DNA of 35,234 bases from Clostridia bacterium (GCA_017471125.1 JAFUWR010000220.1:1-35234), one strand, 5' to 3'; counted from the first letter of the stretch, positions 1 to 7,393 are shown. Notes: generated by a model from the sequence alone, not told the origin. Translations and numbers: made by a program.

Positions 1-1172
1 GCTTCCACGACCTCGACGGGGAGGGTGTCCTCGGCGGGTGCCTCGCCGATCTCGGCGTACACCGGCTCGTATTCCGCCACCAGGCCCTCGGCCTCCGCCA
101 TCAGCGCGGTCAGGGACAGCGGCAGGACGGCGTCGGACAGGTCCACGTCGGCGGTGTAGGTGTCGCGGACGATGACCGGCTCGACGACCTCGGCCTCCAC
201 CGGCGCGTCCGTCGGCGCCGGCGTGGGCGTGGGTTCCTCGGTGGGCTCGGGCGTATCGGTCGGTTCGGGCGTTTCGACGGGTCCTTCGGTACCGACTTCG
301 GTCGGTTCTTCTGTTGGTTCTTCGACGACAGGCGCTTCGAGGTCGGCCCAGACCGTGGTCGGTTCTTCGACCACTTCGACCTCGACCTCCGCTTCGGGGG
401 CTTCGGTCGGCTCGGGCGTCGGCTCCTCGGTGGGTTCGGGCGTTTCGGTCGGTTCGGGCGTCGGTTCCTCGGTGGGCTCCGGCGTTTCGGTCGCTTCCGG
501 CTCGTACTCGATGCCGTTTTTCAGGTACAGGGTGTGGACGCCGCCGTCCCTGGTGAACACGGCCAGCTCCACCATGTCGTCGTCGATGAAATCGCGCAGG
601 GCGGTGACCACGTAGTCGCCGTCCCCGTCGGGCTCCACGGCCACGGACAGGGGCTGGGCGTCGTCCAGCACGCTCTCCCCCGCCTCGTCCACGTCCTCCG
701 GGGCGATGTCCAGCCCCGCGCCCGCGAGCACCTCGCTCAACAGCGCCTGGCTGTGACCGTTCAGGTCATAGACGTGCTCCTGTCCGAACGCGGCGGGCAG
801 CTCCATCGCCTCCAGCTCCATCGTCTCCAGCTCCGCGGGACTTTCCTCGATCTCCCCGCCCAGCTCGAAGGCGTCGACCTCGGCCACGGCCGCCTCGGGG
901 CCGCCGCCGGGAGCCTCCTGGTAGCAGGCGTCGGTGTGGACGTGCTCGGGCTTTTCGCACGTCAAATACCCGCCGTCATCGTAGCAGCCCTCGCCGTGGA
1001 CGTGGGCCTCGATGCCGCAGGTCGGTATGTATTCCATTGTGTTGGCGTTCAGCTTGAGGCCGTCGCTGGTGAGCAGCAGCGTCGCCACGGCCAGCAGCGC
1101 CAGCAGCCGCTTCCAGAAGCGCTTTTTCCGCGCCTGGGCCACGAGCGCCTCGATGATCCCGTTCCTCTCCAT
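1..1172 (-). CDS. 5' part of a large membrane-anchored surface/adhesin-like protein; paralog of the N-terminal module of the giant protein at 19293..34901; continues past the left edge
   Basis: Missing from the ORF track because it has no stop inside the window. My reverse-strand translation starts at ATG 1172..1170, with a GAGGT SD about 9 nt upstream. It reads MERNGIIEALVAQARKKRFWKRLLALLAVATLLLTSDGLKLNANTMEYIPTCGIEAHVHGEGCYDDGGYLTCEKPEHVHTDACYQEAPG ... ALRDFIDDDMVELAVFTRDGGVHTLYLKNG ... followed by Pro/Glu/Thr-rich repeats, and stays open to position 1. The order of elements (basic N-terminus, TM helix, double Cys/His motif, acidic region, DFIDDD block, P/E/T linker) matches the start of the giant gene. 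Confidence 0.8.
   Translation of the reverse strand, partial: MERNGIIEALVAQARKKRFWKRLLALLAVATLLLTSDGLKLNANTMEYIPTCGIEAHVHGEGCYDDGGYLTCEKPEHVHTDACYQEAPGGGPEAAVAEVDAFELGGEIEESPAELETMELEAMELPAAFGQEHVYDLNGHSQALLSEVLAGAGLDIAPEDVDEAGESVLDDAQPLSVAVEPDGDGDYVVTALRDFIDDDMVELAVFTRDGGVHTLYLKNGIEYEPEATETPEPTEEPTPEPTETPEPTEEPTPEPTEAPEAEVEVEVVEEPTTVWADLEAPVVEEPTEEPTEVGTEGPVETPEPTDTPEPTEEPTPTPAPTDAPVEAEVVEPVIVRDTYTADVDLSDAVLPLSLTALMAEAEGLVAEYEPVYAEIGEAPAEDTLPVEVVE
200..505 (-). repeat. Pro/Glu/Thr-rich tandem low-complexity linker inside the partial adhesin gene
   Basis: Reverse translation gives EPEATETPEPTEEPTPEPTETPEPTEEPTPEPTEAPE and PVETPEPTDTPEPTEEPTPTPAPTDAP. On the + strand this appears as recurring ggtgggttcgggcgtttcggtcggttcgggcgtcgg units. 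Confidence 0.7.
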
Positions 1173-1261
1173 TTTCTTTTACCTCGTTCGGGGCCCATAT
1201 GGGGCCGTCCGCCCGGTCGGTCTATGAACTCCCTTTTCAAAAAAACATACTTATAGATATA

Positions 1262-1311
1262 GCATTCTATCATCATTGTAGCCCCGAACGATTACACCCG
1301 GGGTTACATGG
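1262..1311 (-). promoter_or_regulatory. Putative promoter/leader block of the left adhesin gene, homologous to 19170..19237
   Basis: The reverse strand reads catgtaaCCCCGGGtGTAATCGTtCGgggcTACAATgatgaTAGAATGc. The same order (GTAA, CCCCGGG palindrome, GTAATCGT, TA(C/T)AAT, TAGAATG) precedes the giant gene. The -10 TACAAT is the complement of 1275..1280. I found no convincing -35. Confidence 0.4.
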
Positions 1312-1376
1312 CGGGGTCGGTCAAATTTTACCTACCTATCCTATGCGATTCTATGCGTCTCGGTGCGCCGTCAGCA

Positions 1377-2099
1377 TCAGAGCTTGAGCGCCCCCATGAC
1401 CTCGGCCACGTCCCCGCGCACGACCAGCGAGGCCCGCGCGTCGGCGGGGGTGGGCTCGGCGTTGACGACGGCCAGGGTCCTGCCGTGGAAATAGCCCAGG
1501 AAGGACGCCGCCGGCTCCACGGACAGGGAGGTCCCCGCCACGATCAGCGTATCGGCGTTGGATATTTCACGGCACGCGCCCATGCAGGTGTACTTGTCCG
1601 GGGCCTCGCCGTAGAGCACCACCCAGGGCTTGACCACGCCGCCGCAGCGGTCGCAGCGCGGGATGCCCTCGGAGTTTAAGACCTTCTCCATCGGGAAAAA
1701 GGCGTTGCAGTCCATGCAGTAGTTTTCGTGGACGCTGCCGTGGACCTCGTAGACCCGCCGGTTCCCGGCGACCTTGTGCAGCCCGTCGATGTTCTGGGTC
1801 ACGATGCCGCGCAGCTTGTCCGCCTTTTCCAGCTCGTACAGCTTCTCGTGGGCGGCGTTGGGCCGCGCCTCCGGGTGCAGCATGTGCCGCCGGTAGAAGC
1901 GGAAGAAGGTCTCCGGGTCCAGATAGAAAAAGGACTGACTCAGGATCATCTCCGGCGTCAGTCCCTCGAATTCGCTGGCGTAAAGCCCGTCCCCCGAGCG
2001 GAAGTCGGGGATGCCGCTGGCGGTGGACACCCCCGCCCCGCCGAAGAACACGATGCGCCGCGCGCGGCTGACGACGTCCTGAAGGGGGCTTGATGTCAT
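1377..2099 (-). CDS. cobB: NAD-dependent protein deacylase, Sir2/CobB family (240 aa)
   Basis: Starts MTSSPLQDVVSRARRIVFFGGAGVSTASGIPDFRSGDGLY. Contains TQNIDGLH, HG, and a CxxC...CxxC zinc module (CMDCNAFF...CDRCGG). The ATG at 2099 overlaps the upstream stop as ATGA. The 607-aa ORF in the track is only a read-through of this frame. Confidence 0.9.
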   Translation of the reverse strand: MTSSPLQDVVSRARRIVFFGGAGVSTASGIPDFRSGDGLYASEFEGLTPEMILSQSFFYLDPETFFRFYRRHMLHPEARPNAAHEKLYELEKADKLRGIVTQNIDGLHKVAGNRRVYEVHGSVHENYCMDCNAFFPMEKVLNSEGIPRCDRCGGVVKPWVVLYGEAPDKYTCMGACREISNADTLIVAGTSLSVEPAASFLGYFHGRTLAVVNAEPTPADARASLVVRGDVAEVMGALKL

Positions 2100-3235
2100 G
2101 ATGCGATCCTCCTGCGGCGCTGTTTGTCGGCATAGAGCGCGGCGTCGGCGCGCTTGATGAACTGCGGCAGGCTCTCCCCCGCCGCGTAGCGCTCCCAGCC
2201 GATGCTGGCGTCGAGCCGGTAGGGCAGCCGGTGCTCCCTGTTGCATTGGACGAAATTGCGCCGCAAAAGTTCCACGAAGCCCGCGGCGGCGGGGTCGCCG
2301 TCGAAGAAGCCCATGATGAGGAACTCGTCCCCGCCGAACCGGGCCACGATGCCCCGCGCCCCGGCCATGGCGCCGGTCAGCACCCTGGCCGTCAGCACCA
2401 GCGCCCGGTCGCCCTCGGGGTGGCCATAGGCGTCGTTGATGCCCTTGAAGTCGTCCAGGTCCAGCATGAATAAATAAAGCCCGCGGCCCTCGCCGTCCTG
2501 CCTGACGTAATCGGCGAAAGCAGCGTCCAGGGTCTTGCGGTTGTTGAGGCCCGTCAAACTGTCGCGCAATATCTCCCGGTCCTGGTCGTCCATGTAGATC
2601 AGCACGATGGAGATGGCCGCGCAGGTCCACGTCCCCGGCATGCCCGCGAACGGCAGCGCCGCCAGCGTGCCCACCACCGGGATGATGTAGAACCCCAGCA
2701 GCTTCTTGACCGTGGTGTGGTAGGCGTCGTCGCTCCTGACCCGCATCTTTAGGAGGATGTGCAAAAGCGACGCCAGCAGCATGCCCAGCGCCGTGATCGT
2801 CTGGAGCCAAAACAGCGGCCCCCGGACGTAGTAGTTGTCGGGGGTGACGTCGAAGATCCATCCCGTCCACATGGACGCCAGGTTCAGCGCCGCGGACAGC
2901 ATCGCGGGCAGCGCCACGATGAACATGAGCCGCTTGGTGATGCGGTAGCCCAGGGTCTCCAGCACGTACAGGTACCACAGGCACCCCAGCCCCACGCCCA
3001 AGGGCAGGTACACGGCGTTCACCACTTTGTTCACGATCACGCCCCCGGGGAACTGCAGCCCGTCGATGGCGATCCAGACCGTGTCCAGCACCAGCGTGCA
3101 CATGATGCCGTACACCGTGTAGCGAAACAGCACCCTTCGCATCTGCTGGTTGACGTTGTTCTCGCTCTGGTAGGCGATGGCCGCAAGGATGATGAAACAC
3201 AATACATTTATTTCAATATGTATGGCTGTTGTCAC
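2096..3235 (-). CDS. Integral-membrane diguanylate cyclase, GGDEF domain (379 aa)
   Basis: About six N-terminal hydrophobic helices are followed by LTGLNNRKTLD...FMLDLDDFKGINDAYGHPEGD...ARFGGDEFLIMG. No RxxD I-site lies 5 residues before GGDEF. GTG start at 3235 with an AGAGGGA SD about 10 nt upstream. Confidence 0.9.
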   Translation of the reverse strand: MTTAIHIEINVLCFIILAAIAYQSENNVNQQMRRVLFRYTVYGIMCTLVLDTVWIAIDGLQFPGGVIVNKVVNAVYLPLGVGLGCLWYLYVLETLGYRITKRLMFIVALPAMLSAALNLASMWTGWIFDVTPDNYYVRGPLFWLQTITALGMLLASLLHILLKMRVRSDDAYHTTVKKLLGFYIIPVVGTLAALPFAGMPGTWTCAAISIVLIYMDDQDREILRDSLTGLNNRKTLDAAFADYVRQDGEGRGLYLFMLDLDDFKGINDAYGHPEGDRALVLTARVLTGAMAGARGIVARFGGDEFLIMGFFDGDPAAAGFVELLRRNFVQCNREHRLPYRLDASIGWERYAAGESLPQFIKRADAALYADKQRRRRIAS

Positions 3236-3251
3236 GTTATATCATCCCTCT

Positions 3252-4328
3252 TCATATCACGACCTGGTTCCTTCCCCCGTTCTTCCCCATGTACAGCTTG
3301 CGGTCGGCGCTCTCGATGATGGCGTCGACGGGGGACTGGAAGTCGTTCTCCTCCACGCCGATGGTGATGTTGATGGTGAAGTCGTGGCCCCCGAAGCTCA
3401 GCGGCATGCGGGCCACGGCCTCGCACAGGGCCTGCATCTCCTGCCCGCCGGCGTCGAGGTTCATCCCCGGCAGGAAGAAGCAGAACTCCTCCCCGCCCCA
3501 CCGGCAGACGCTGTACGCCTCGCCCGCGGCCTCCCGGAAGCGGTCGGCCAGCGCCCGCAGGGTGTAGTCGCCGCAGTTGTGGCCGTAGGTGTCGTTGACC
3601 CGCTTGAAGAAGTCGATGTCCGCGATGGCGATGCAGAAGTGCTCCTCGGGAAAGCCCACCTGGAATGCGTCGATGGCGTCCAGCATGGCGCGGCGGTTGG
3701 GCAATTGGGTCAGCGGGTCGGTGCCCGCCTCCCGGTGCAGCTCCTGGTTGTCGATGCGGAGCTGACGCTCGGCCTCCTGGAGGTCGGTGCTCAGATGGGC
3801 GCAGATCGTGGCCAATATCAGCGATATGGTGATGGAATTGAGCGATTGATAGAACATGCTGTCCGCGTTGGACAGCGCGCAGGTGGGGACGTGGACGGTG
3901 GAATACCGAAACAGCGCCATCCGCAGCCCCACCTGCGCCGCGAACCAGGCCGCCTTGAGCCACGGCGGCTCGTAGATGTTGAAGAATATGAGCACCATCA
4001 GCGGCAGCAGCAGGTGCTGCGCGCCGGTGCTCCAGCCGAAGGCGTGGACGCACCACGCCGACCAGATGGCGTTCGTCGCCGCGTACATGTACACGCAGGC
4101 CCGGGCGTTCACCCGCCCGATGGACCGCCGGCACGCCGCCGCCGCCGCGAGCATCAGAAGCGGCATCCAGTGCCAGCCGTCGCCCCGCATGCCGTACAGG
4201 AGGAAGCACAGCGGAAAGTACGCCATGAGCAGGCTGACGCCGGCCACCAGCGCGCTGCGATAGTAGCCCGGCAGGTCCTTCCCCGCCCGCGGCACCTTCT
4301 GCCTGAAAAACGCTTCGAGATGTTTCAT
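3252..4328 (-). CDS. Integral-membrane diguanylate cyclase, GGEEF variant (358 aa)
   Basis: Hydrophobic N-terminal half, then DPLTQLPNRRAM...IADIDFFKRVNDTYGHNCGD...CRWGGEEFCFFLPG. A 16-nt gap separates it from the next GGDEF gene, so the operon reads 4328 -> 1377. Confidence 0.9.
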   Translation of the reverse strand: MKHLEAFFRQKVPRAGKDLPGYYRSALVAGVSLLMAYFPLCFLLYGMRGDGWHWMPLLMLAAAAACRRSIGRVNARACVYMYAATNAIWSAWCVHAFGWSTGAQHLLLPLMVLIFFNIYEPPWLKAAWFAAQVGLRMALFRYSTVHVPTCALSNADSMFYQSLNSITISLILATICAHLSTDLQEAERQLRIDNQELHREAGTDPLTQLPNRRAMLDAIDAFQVGFPEEHFCIAIADIDFFKRVNDTYGHNCGDYTLRALADRFREAAGEAYSVCRWGGEEFCFFLPGMNLDAGGQEMQALCEAVARMPLSFGGHDFTINITIGVEENDFQSPVDAIIESADRKLYMGKNGGRNQVVI

Positions 4329-4374
4329 GGCCCGTCCGTCTTCCCCTTCGTATATGGGTATCCATATTACCTAT

Positions 4375-4403
4375 ATTATGCCAAAGATCGCGAATGTTTT
4401 CAA
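4375..4403 (-). promoter_or_regulatory. Candidate sigma-A promoter of the GGDEF-GGDEF-cobB operon
   Basis: Reverse strand: TTGAAA (complement of 4398..4403), 17-nt spacer, CATAAT (complement of 4375..4380). A GAAGGGGAAG SD precedes the ATG at 4328. Confidence 0.4.
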
Positions 4404-4548
4404 GCCCTTTTTACAATAATATTTTCAGTTTTGCGACAGATATTACAGATGTGTTTCCCAAAGGCCAGAAGCCGCCCGGCGGTCTGGTATATTATCTCCC
4501 ATCAAACTAATACACTATTAGTGTGATTATATATCTATTAGTATTGCC

Positions 4549-4590
4549 CCAAAACCAGCGCCATAACATTTGTTCTGGCGCTGGTTTTGG
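4549..4590. repeat. 42-nt near-perfect palindrome covering the first codons of pilin P1
   Basis: Left arm is ccaaaaccagcgccataaca (4549..4568). The spacer is tt. Right arm is tgttctggcgctggttttgg (4571..4590). The arms are reverse complements apart from one position (t4564). The right arm is the conserved pilin signal-peptide coding stretch, and the left arm is an inverted copy of it. Confidence 0.85.
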
Positions 4591-6023
4591 TGATGAGCCT
4601 TTTCACCAGCATGAGTGCGTTTGCGACTAGCATCAAGATTACTCCTGCCGAAGGATACAACCCAGACGATAACACTGTTGCTGAAACTTATCATGCGTAT
4701 AAGATTTTCAGCGCTGTAACTCCTTCGGGCTATGAAGGCGTTAACGATGACAATATTGAGACCGCCAAGACCTCTACGGATGTTGGTTTTCAGTATAAGC
4801 TGAGCGGGACCACCGATCCCTGGTATACTGCTGTTAATGCCTCTGGTTATTTTGATTTTAGCACTCAGTCTGATGGAAGCATCATTGCGACTTTGAAAAG
4901 CGCATATAATGCGGATGCATCTACTGCTCAAGCGATCGCTACTGCCTTAAAGCCCTATACCAAGGACGTAGATGCAACGAATGGTATCAATTGGAATTAT
5001 AACCTGACTCTCAATACAGCGCAGACAGTCGATGATGGCTACTATCTGATAGTTTCTTCTCTTGGTGAAAAGCTTGTGCTGGCTACTGCTGATATTGAGA
5101 TAACTGAGAAGAACACCTATCCTGGCGTAGACAAGACTCAGAAGGACCTTGACGACGGTAGTGCCTACATTGATGCTACCCTTGACACTCATGACAACGT
5201 AAGCGTTGCTGTTGGCGATGAGATTTCTTACCAGGTTAAGGTGACCATCCCCGCCACGATCAATGGAAACATTGTTGTGACAGATACCATGTCTGCTGGC
5301 TTGACTTTTGATAAGGATGCAGAAAACGCAATTACCGCAGACAAGGGCACCAAAGATACCGATTGGGCTATCACGTCCAGCAGCGCCCAGGGATGGGTTA
5401 TCACGATCAGCCCCACTACTGCCATGAAGGCTGCTGGCGACATCACTTTCACCTTTAAGGCCAAGGTGAACAGCAGCGCCGTTGTTGCGGATACCACCCG
5501 TAGGAACTCTGTAAAACTGGAGTATAGCAACTTCGAGCAGAACGACTATGTCCCCTTCGAACTCAAGTCTGCTGCCATCTATAAGTATGATGGAAATACG
5601 AGCACTGCTCTTGAAGGCGTTGTGTTCACCCTGAAGGAAGGGGACACTGAATTCCCGGTGTCTTACGATGCGACGAACGGTTACTATTACTATGATGCCG
5701 AAAATGGTTCCGCTGACATCTCAACCGGCGATGACGGTATGATCATTATTCGTGGCTTGGACGGTGACAAGGCTTACACCCTCACTGAGAAGACTCCGAA
5801 GCCTGGCTATAACACCCTGTCCGCTCCTGTCAGTCTGACCTTGCAGGCTATTGACTTTGAATTCACTACCAGCAATGCCGATCAGGTTGAGAACAACAAG
5901 GGCGCTGAGCTGCCCAGCACTGGCGGCATCGGCACCACCATCTTCTACGTGGCTGGCTCCATCATGGTCCTCGCTGCTGCAATCCTGCTGATCACTAAGA
6001 GGCGCATGGGTGCGAACGACTAA
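4587..6023 (+). CDS. LPXTG-anchored pilin-like / isopeptide-type fimbrial subunit P1 (start uncertain)
   Basis: Contains ...SMSAFA|TSIKITP..., YHAYKIF, GYYLIVS, an E-box-like AYTLTEKTPKPGYN, and C-terminal ELPSTGGIGTTIFYVAGSIMVLAAAILLITKRRMGAND. LPSTG lies at 5910..5924. The only starts available sit inside the hydrophobic core: TTG 4587, GTG 4590 and ATG 4593. There is no SD. Confidence 0.8.
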   Translation: MVMSLFTSMSAFATSIKITPAEGYNPDDNTVAETYHAYKIFSAVTPSGYEGVNDDNIETAKTSTDVGFQYKLSGTTDPWYTAVNASGYFDFSTQSDGSIIATLKSAYNADASTAQAIATALKPYTKDVDATNGINWNYNLTLNTAQTVDDGYYLIVSSLGEKLVLATADIEITEKNTYPGVDKTQKDLDDGSAYIDATLDTHDNVSVAVGDEISYQVKVTIPATINGNIVVTDTMSAGLTFDKDAENAITADKGTKDTDWAITSSSAQGWVITISPTTAMKAAGDITFTFKAKVNSSAVVADTTRRNSVKLEYSNFEQNDYVPFELKSAAIYKYDGNTSTALEGVVFTLKEGDTEFPVSYDATNGYYYYDAENGSADISTGDDGMIIIRGLDGDKAYTLTEKTPKPGYNTLSAPVSLTLQAIDFEFTTSNADQVENNKGAELPSTGGIGTTIFYVAGSIMVLAAAILLITKRRMGAND

Positions 6024-6120
6024 TTCCTACGTAGATCCTCGTGGATAGGATGCGTCTGGACAGGCTATAGAGCCTTTAGCAGGCCTCACAGCCTCCACAG
6101 TCGCCTCACATCCACACACT

Positions 6121-6152
6121 GCCCTGGGCCCCTAACCGGGCCTGGGGCTTTT
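6121..6152 (+). terminator. Intrinsic terminator of P1
   Basis: GCCCUGGGCCC-[CUAACC]-GGGCCUGGGGC forms an 11-bp stem with two G-U pairs, followed by UUUU (6149..6152). Confidence 0.75.
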
Positions 6153-6155
6153 CTA

Positions 6156-6763
6156 GTGTGCCGGGCATGGCACGATTCTTGCGGGTGAGAGTCCCGCCAC
6201 GGGTGGCTACCGCCAAGTGTAGCGAACCGCAAGCCGTTGACGGCGACGTCAACGGGGGAGGAAGCGGTGTAGCAAAGCCGACGAGCCTACGAACAGAAAC
6301 TGGATATAAGGCCAAACGGTGGGTAAGGTTGCTAGACAAACCGAAGCCCGAAAGGTAGACGTAAAACCGAGACGGTAAATCCAGAGGTTGTGCGGTGAAA
6401 GAATCGCGTCTTACCCCGGGAGGCCCGGTCAGCGAGGCGAAAGCCGAGTGCGAAAAAAGCGAGTGACCGGGAGTCAGCTGAGGCCATAGTAAGGAAGTGC
6501 ATTCCTGAAGGGCCTAATGTCGTGGCATTGCAGATCACTGTGAGTAAATCAACGATAGCCCGAACACGCAGCAAATGCCAAGGCGAAGGGATCGTAACCC
6601 GGAGCGGCAGGAGAGGCGGACATGCATTTTCGTTGATCTTTGCAAGCAGACTGCGAAGCAACGGACAGCAACGTTCGATACCATGCCACGATGTAGCGCC
6701 GTATACCTGACCGGTATGTACGGTGCAATGGGAGGGAGGGGGGCAAACCCCTCTCTACCCTAT
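6156..6763 (+). mobile_element. Group II intron, class C (IIC) ribozyme RNA with no intron-encoded protein (608 nt)
   Basis: The 5' end is GUGUGCCGGGCAUGG (6156..), followed by GGGUGAGAGUCCC (6183..6195). Many GNRA-capped stems are present. Domain V lies at 6696..6726: GCGCCGUAU/ACC-loop-GGU/AU bulge/GUACGGUGC, with a CGC triad as in IIC introns. Domain VI lies at 6730..6760 with bulged A6757, 7 nt from the 3' end ...CCCUAU (6763). A hairpin loop GCUAGACA holds UAGA (6333..6336), complementary to the last exon bases UCUA (6152..6155), which I read as the EBS1-IBS1 pairing. From memory, the sequence closely resembles the Oceanobacillus iheyensis IIC intron. No ORF longer than 86 aa lies inside and none looks like a reverse transcriptase. 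Confidence 0.85.
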
Positions 6764-6857
6764 TGCCTTTGTGTTGTCTTAACTGACTTTGATGAAAAAT
6801 ACAATGTAAATAATATCCCCAGGGAGTGTGGTTAACCCCCCAGGGATCGTTGTGTTC

Positions 6858-6890
6858 CTACGCCAGCACCATTGTGATCATGGCTGCGGC
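6858..6890 (-). pseudogene. Degenerate fragment of a pilin sorting-signal 3' end
   Basis: The reverse strand gcc gca gcc atg atc aca atg gtg ctg gcg tag reads AAAMITMVLA*. This resembles AAAILLITKRRMGA(N/G)(D/E)* with an internal deletion. It lies immediately 3' of P2. Confidence 0.4.
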
Positions 6891-6906
6891 GTTGGGCAGT
6901 TGCTGC

Positions 6907-7393
6907 TTATTCGCCAGCACCCATGCGGCGCTTGGTGATCAGCAGAATCGCAGCGGCCAGAACCATCAGAGAACCAGCAACGTAGAAGATGGTGGTGCCG
7001 ACGCCGCCGGTGCTGGGCAGGGTTGCACCAGTATAGTTGATCCAGAACCAAATACCATCCGGGAACAGCAGCATAGGTGGTCGTGGTGCCGTCCAGAGTC
7101 GCTACCTCAGTACCGAGGTTGTCCTTGTTGGCGGCAGCCCAAGCACGAGCGGTGGTAATAGCATCAAGAGTAGCCTCAGGAACGGGGCCCGTCAAGCCGC
7201 CCGGATAGCTGGAACCATACTGAACATCAGTCAGCTTACCAGCATTGTCCCCAGTGCCAGGAGTACCGGTGAAAATCTGATAAACTTTATAGGTATGAGT
7301 CACAGCATCATTGTCCCTATTAACAGTGATGTTGTAGGTCACCGGATCATCAGCAAAAGCCGGGATCATGGAAGCGATCATCATCGCCGCCAA
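6907..7393 (-). pseudogene. Pilin P2: internally deleted, frameshifted pilin gene
   Basis: The N-terminal frame reads (L)AAMMIASMIPAFADDPVTYNITV..HTYKVYQIFTG...AAVPGWYLVLD. Near 7038..7043 the reading frame changes, and ...INYTGATLPSTGGVGTTIFYVAGSLMVLAAAILLITKRRMGAGE* (stop 6907..6909) continues in a different frame. The roughly 400-aa core found in P1/P3/P4 is missing. The upstream ATG conserved in P3/P4 is ATA here. Confidence 0.75.

Noticed and set aside
160-1256. + strand ORFs 160..615, 314..556, 534..1256 and 1012..1227
   Set aside because: They are antisense to the unlisted reverse-strand adhesin gene, whose translation is homologous to the giant protein N-terminus. The + frames are low-complexity Ser/Gly/Val repeats.
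1377-2099. Sir2 as an antiphage effector (Thoeris/DSR-like)
   Set aside because: It is a short classical sirtuin with the GAG(V/I)S, TQNIDGLH and zinc-ribbon motifs. It has no SLOG/TIR partner or N-terminal sensor, and it sits in an operon with signalling enzymes.
1377-3200. 607-aa reverse-strand ORF in the track
   Set aside because: Only the last 240 codons (from ATG 2099) look like a protein (Sir2). The upstream 367 codons are an Arg/Gly/Pro/Ala-rich alternative frame of the GGDEF gene, as is typical of open off-frames in high-GC DNA.
3177-4526. 449-aa + ORF and 377-aa reverse ORF (3232..4365) overlapping the GGEEF cyclase
   Set aside because: Off-frame or antisense. The 3252..4328 frame has TM helices and a complete GGEEF domain.
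4587-6763. Intron-mediated alternative splicing of the pilin, as described for a surface-layer gene with an ORF-less group II intron in Clostridium tetani
   Set aside because: The P1 stop (6021..6023) and its terminator both lie upstream of the 5' splice site. I found no additional domain V/VI copies (no other CCGUAU...GUACGG hairpins) on either strand. The 3' exon (6764..) shows no similarity to pilin coding sequence.
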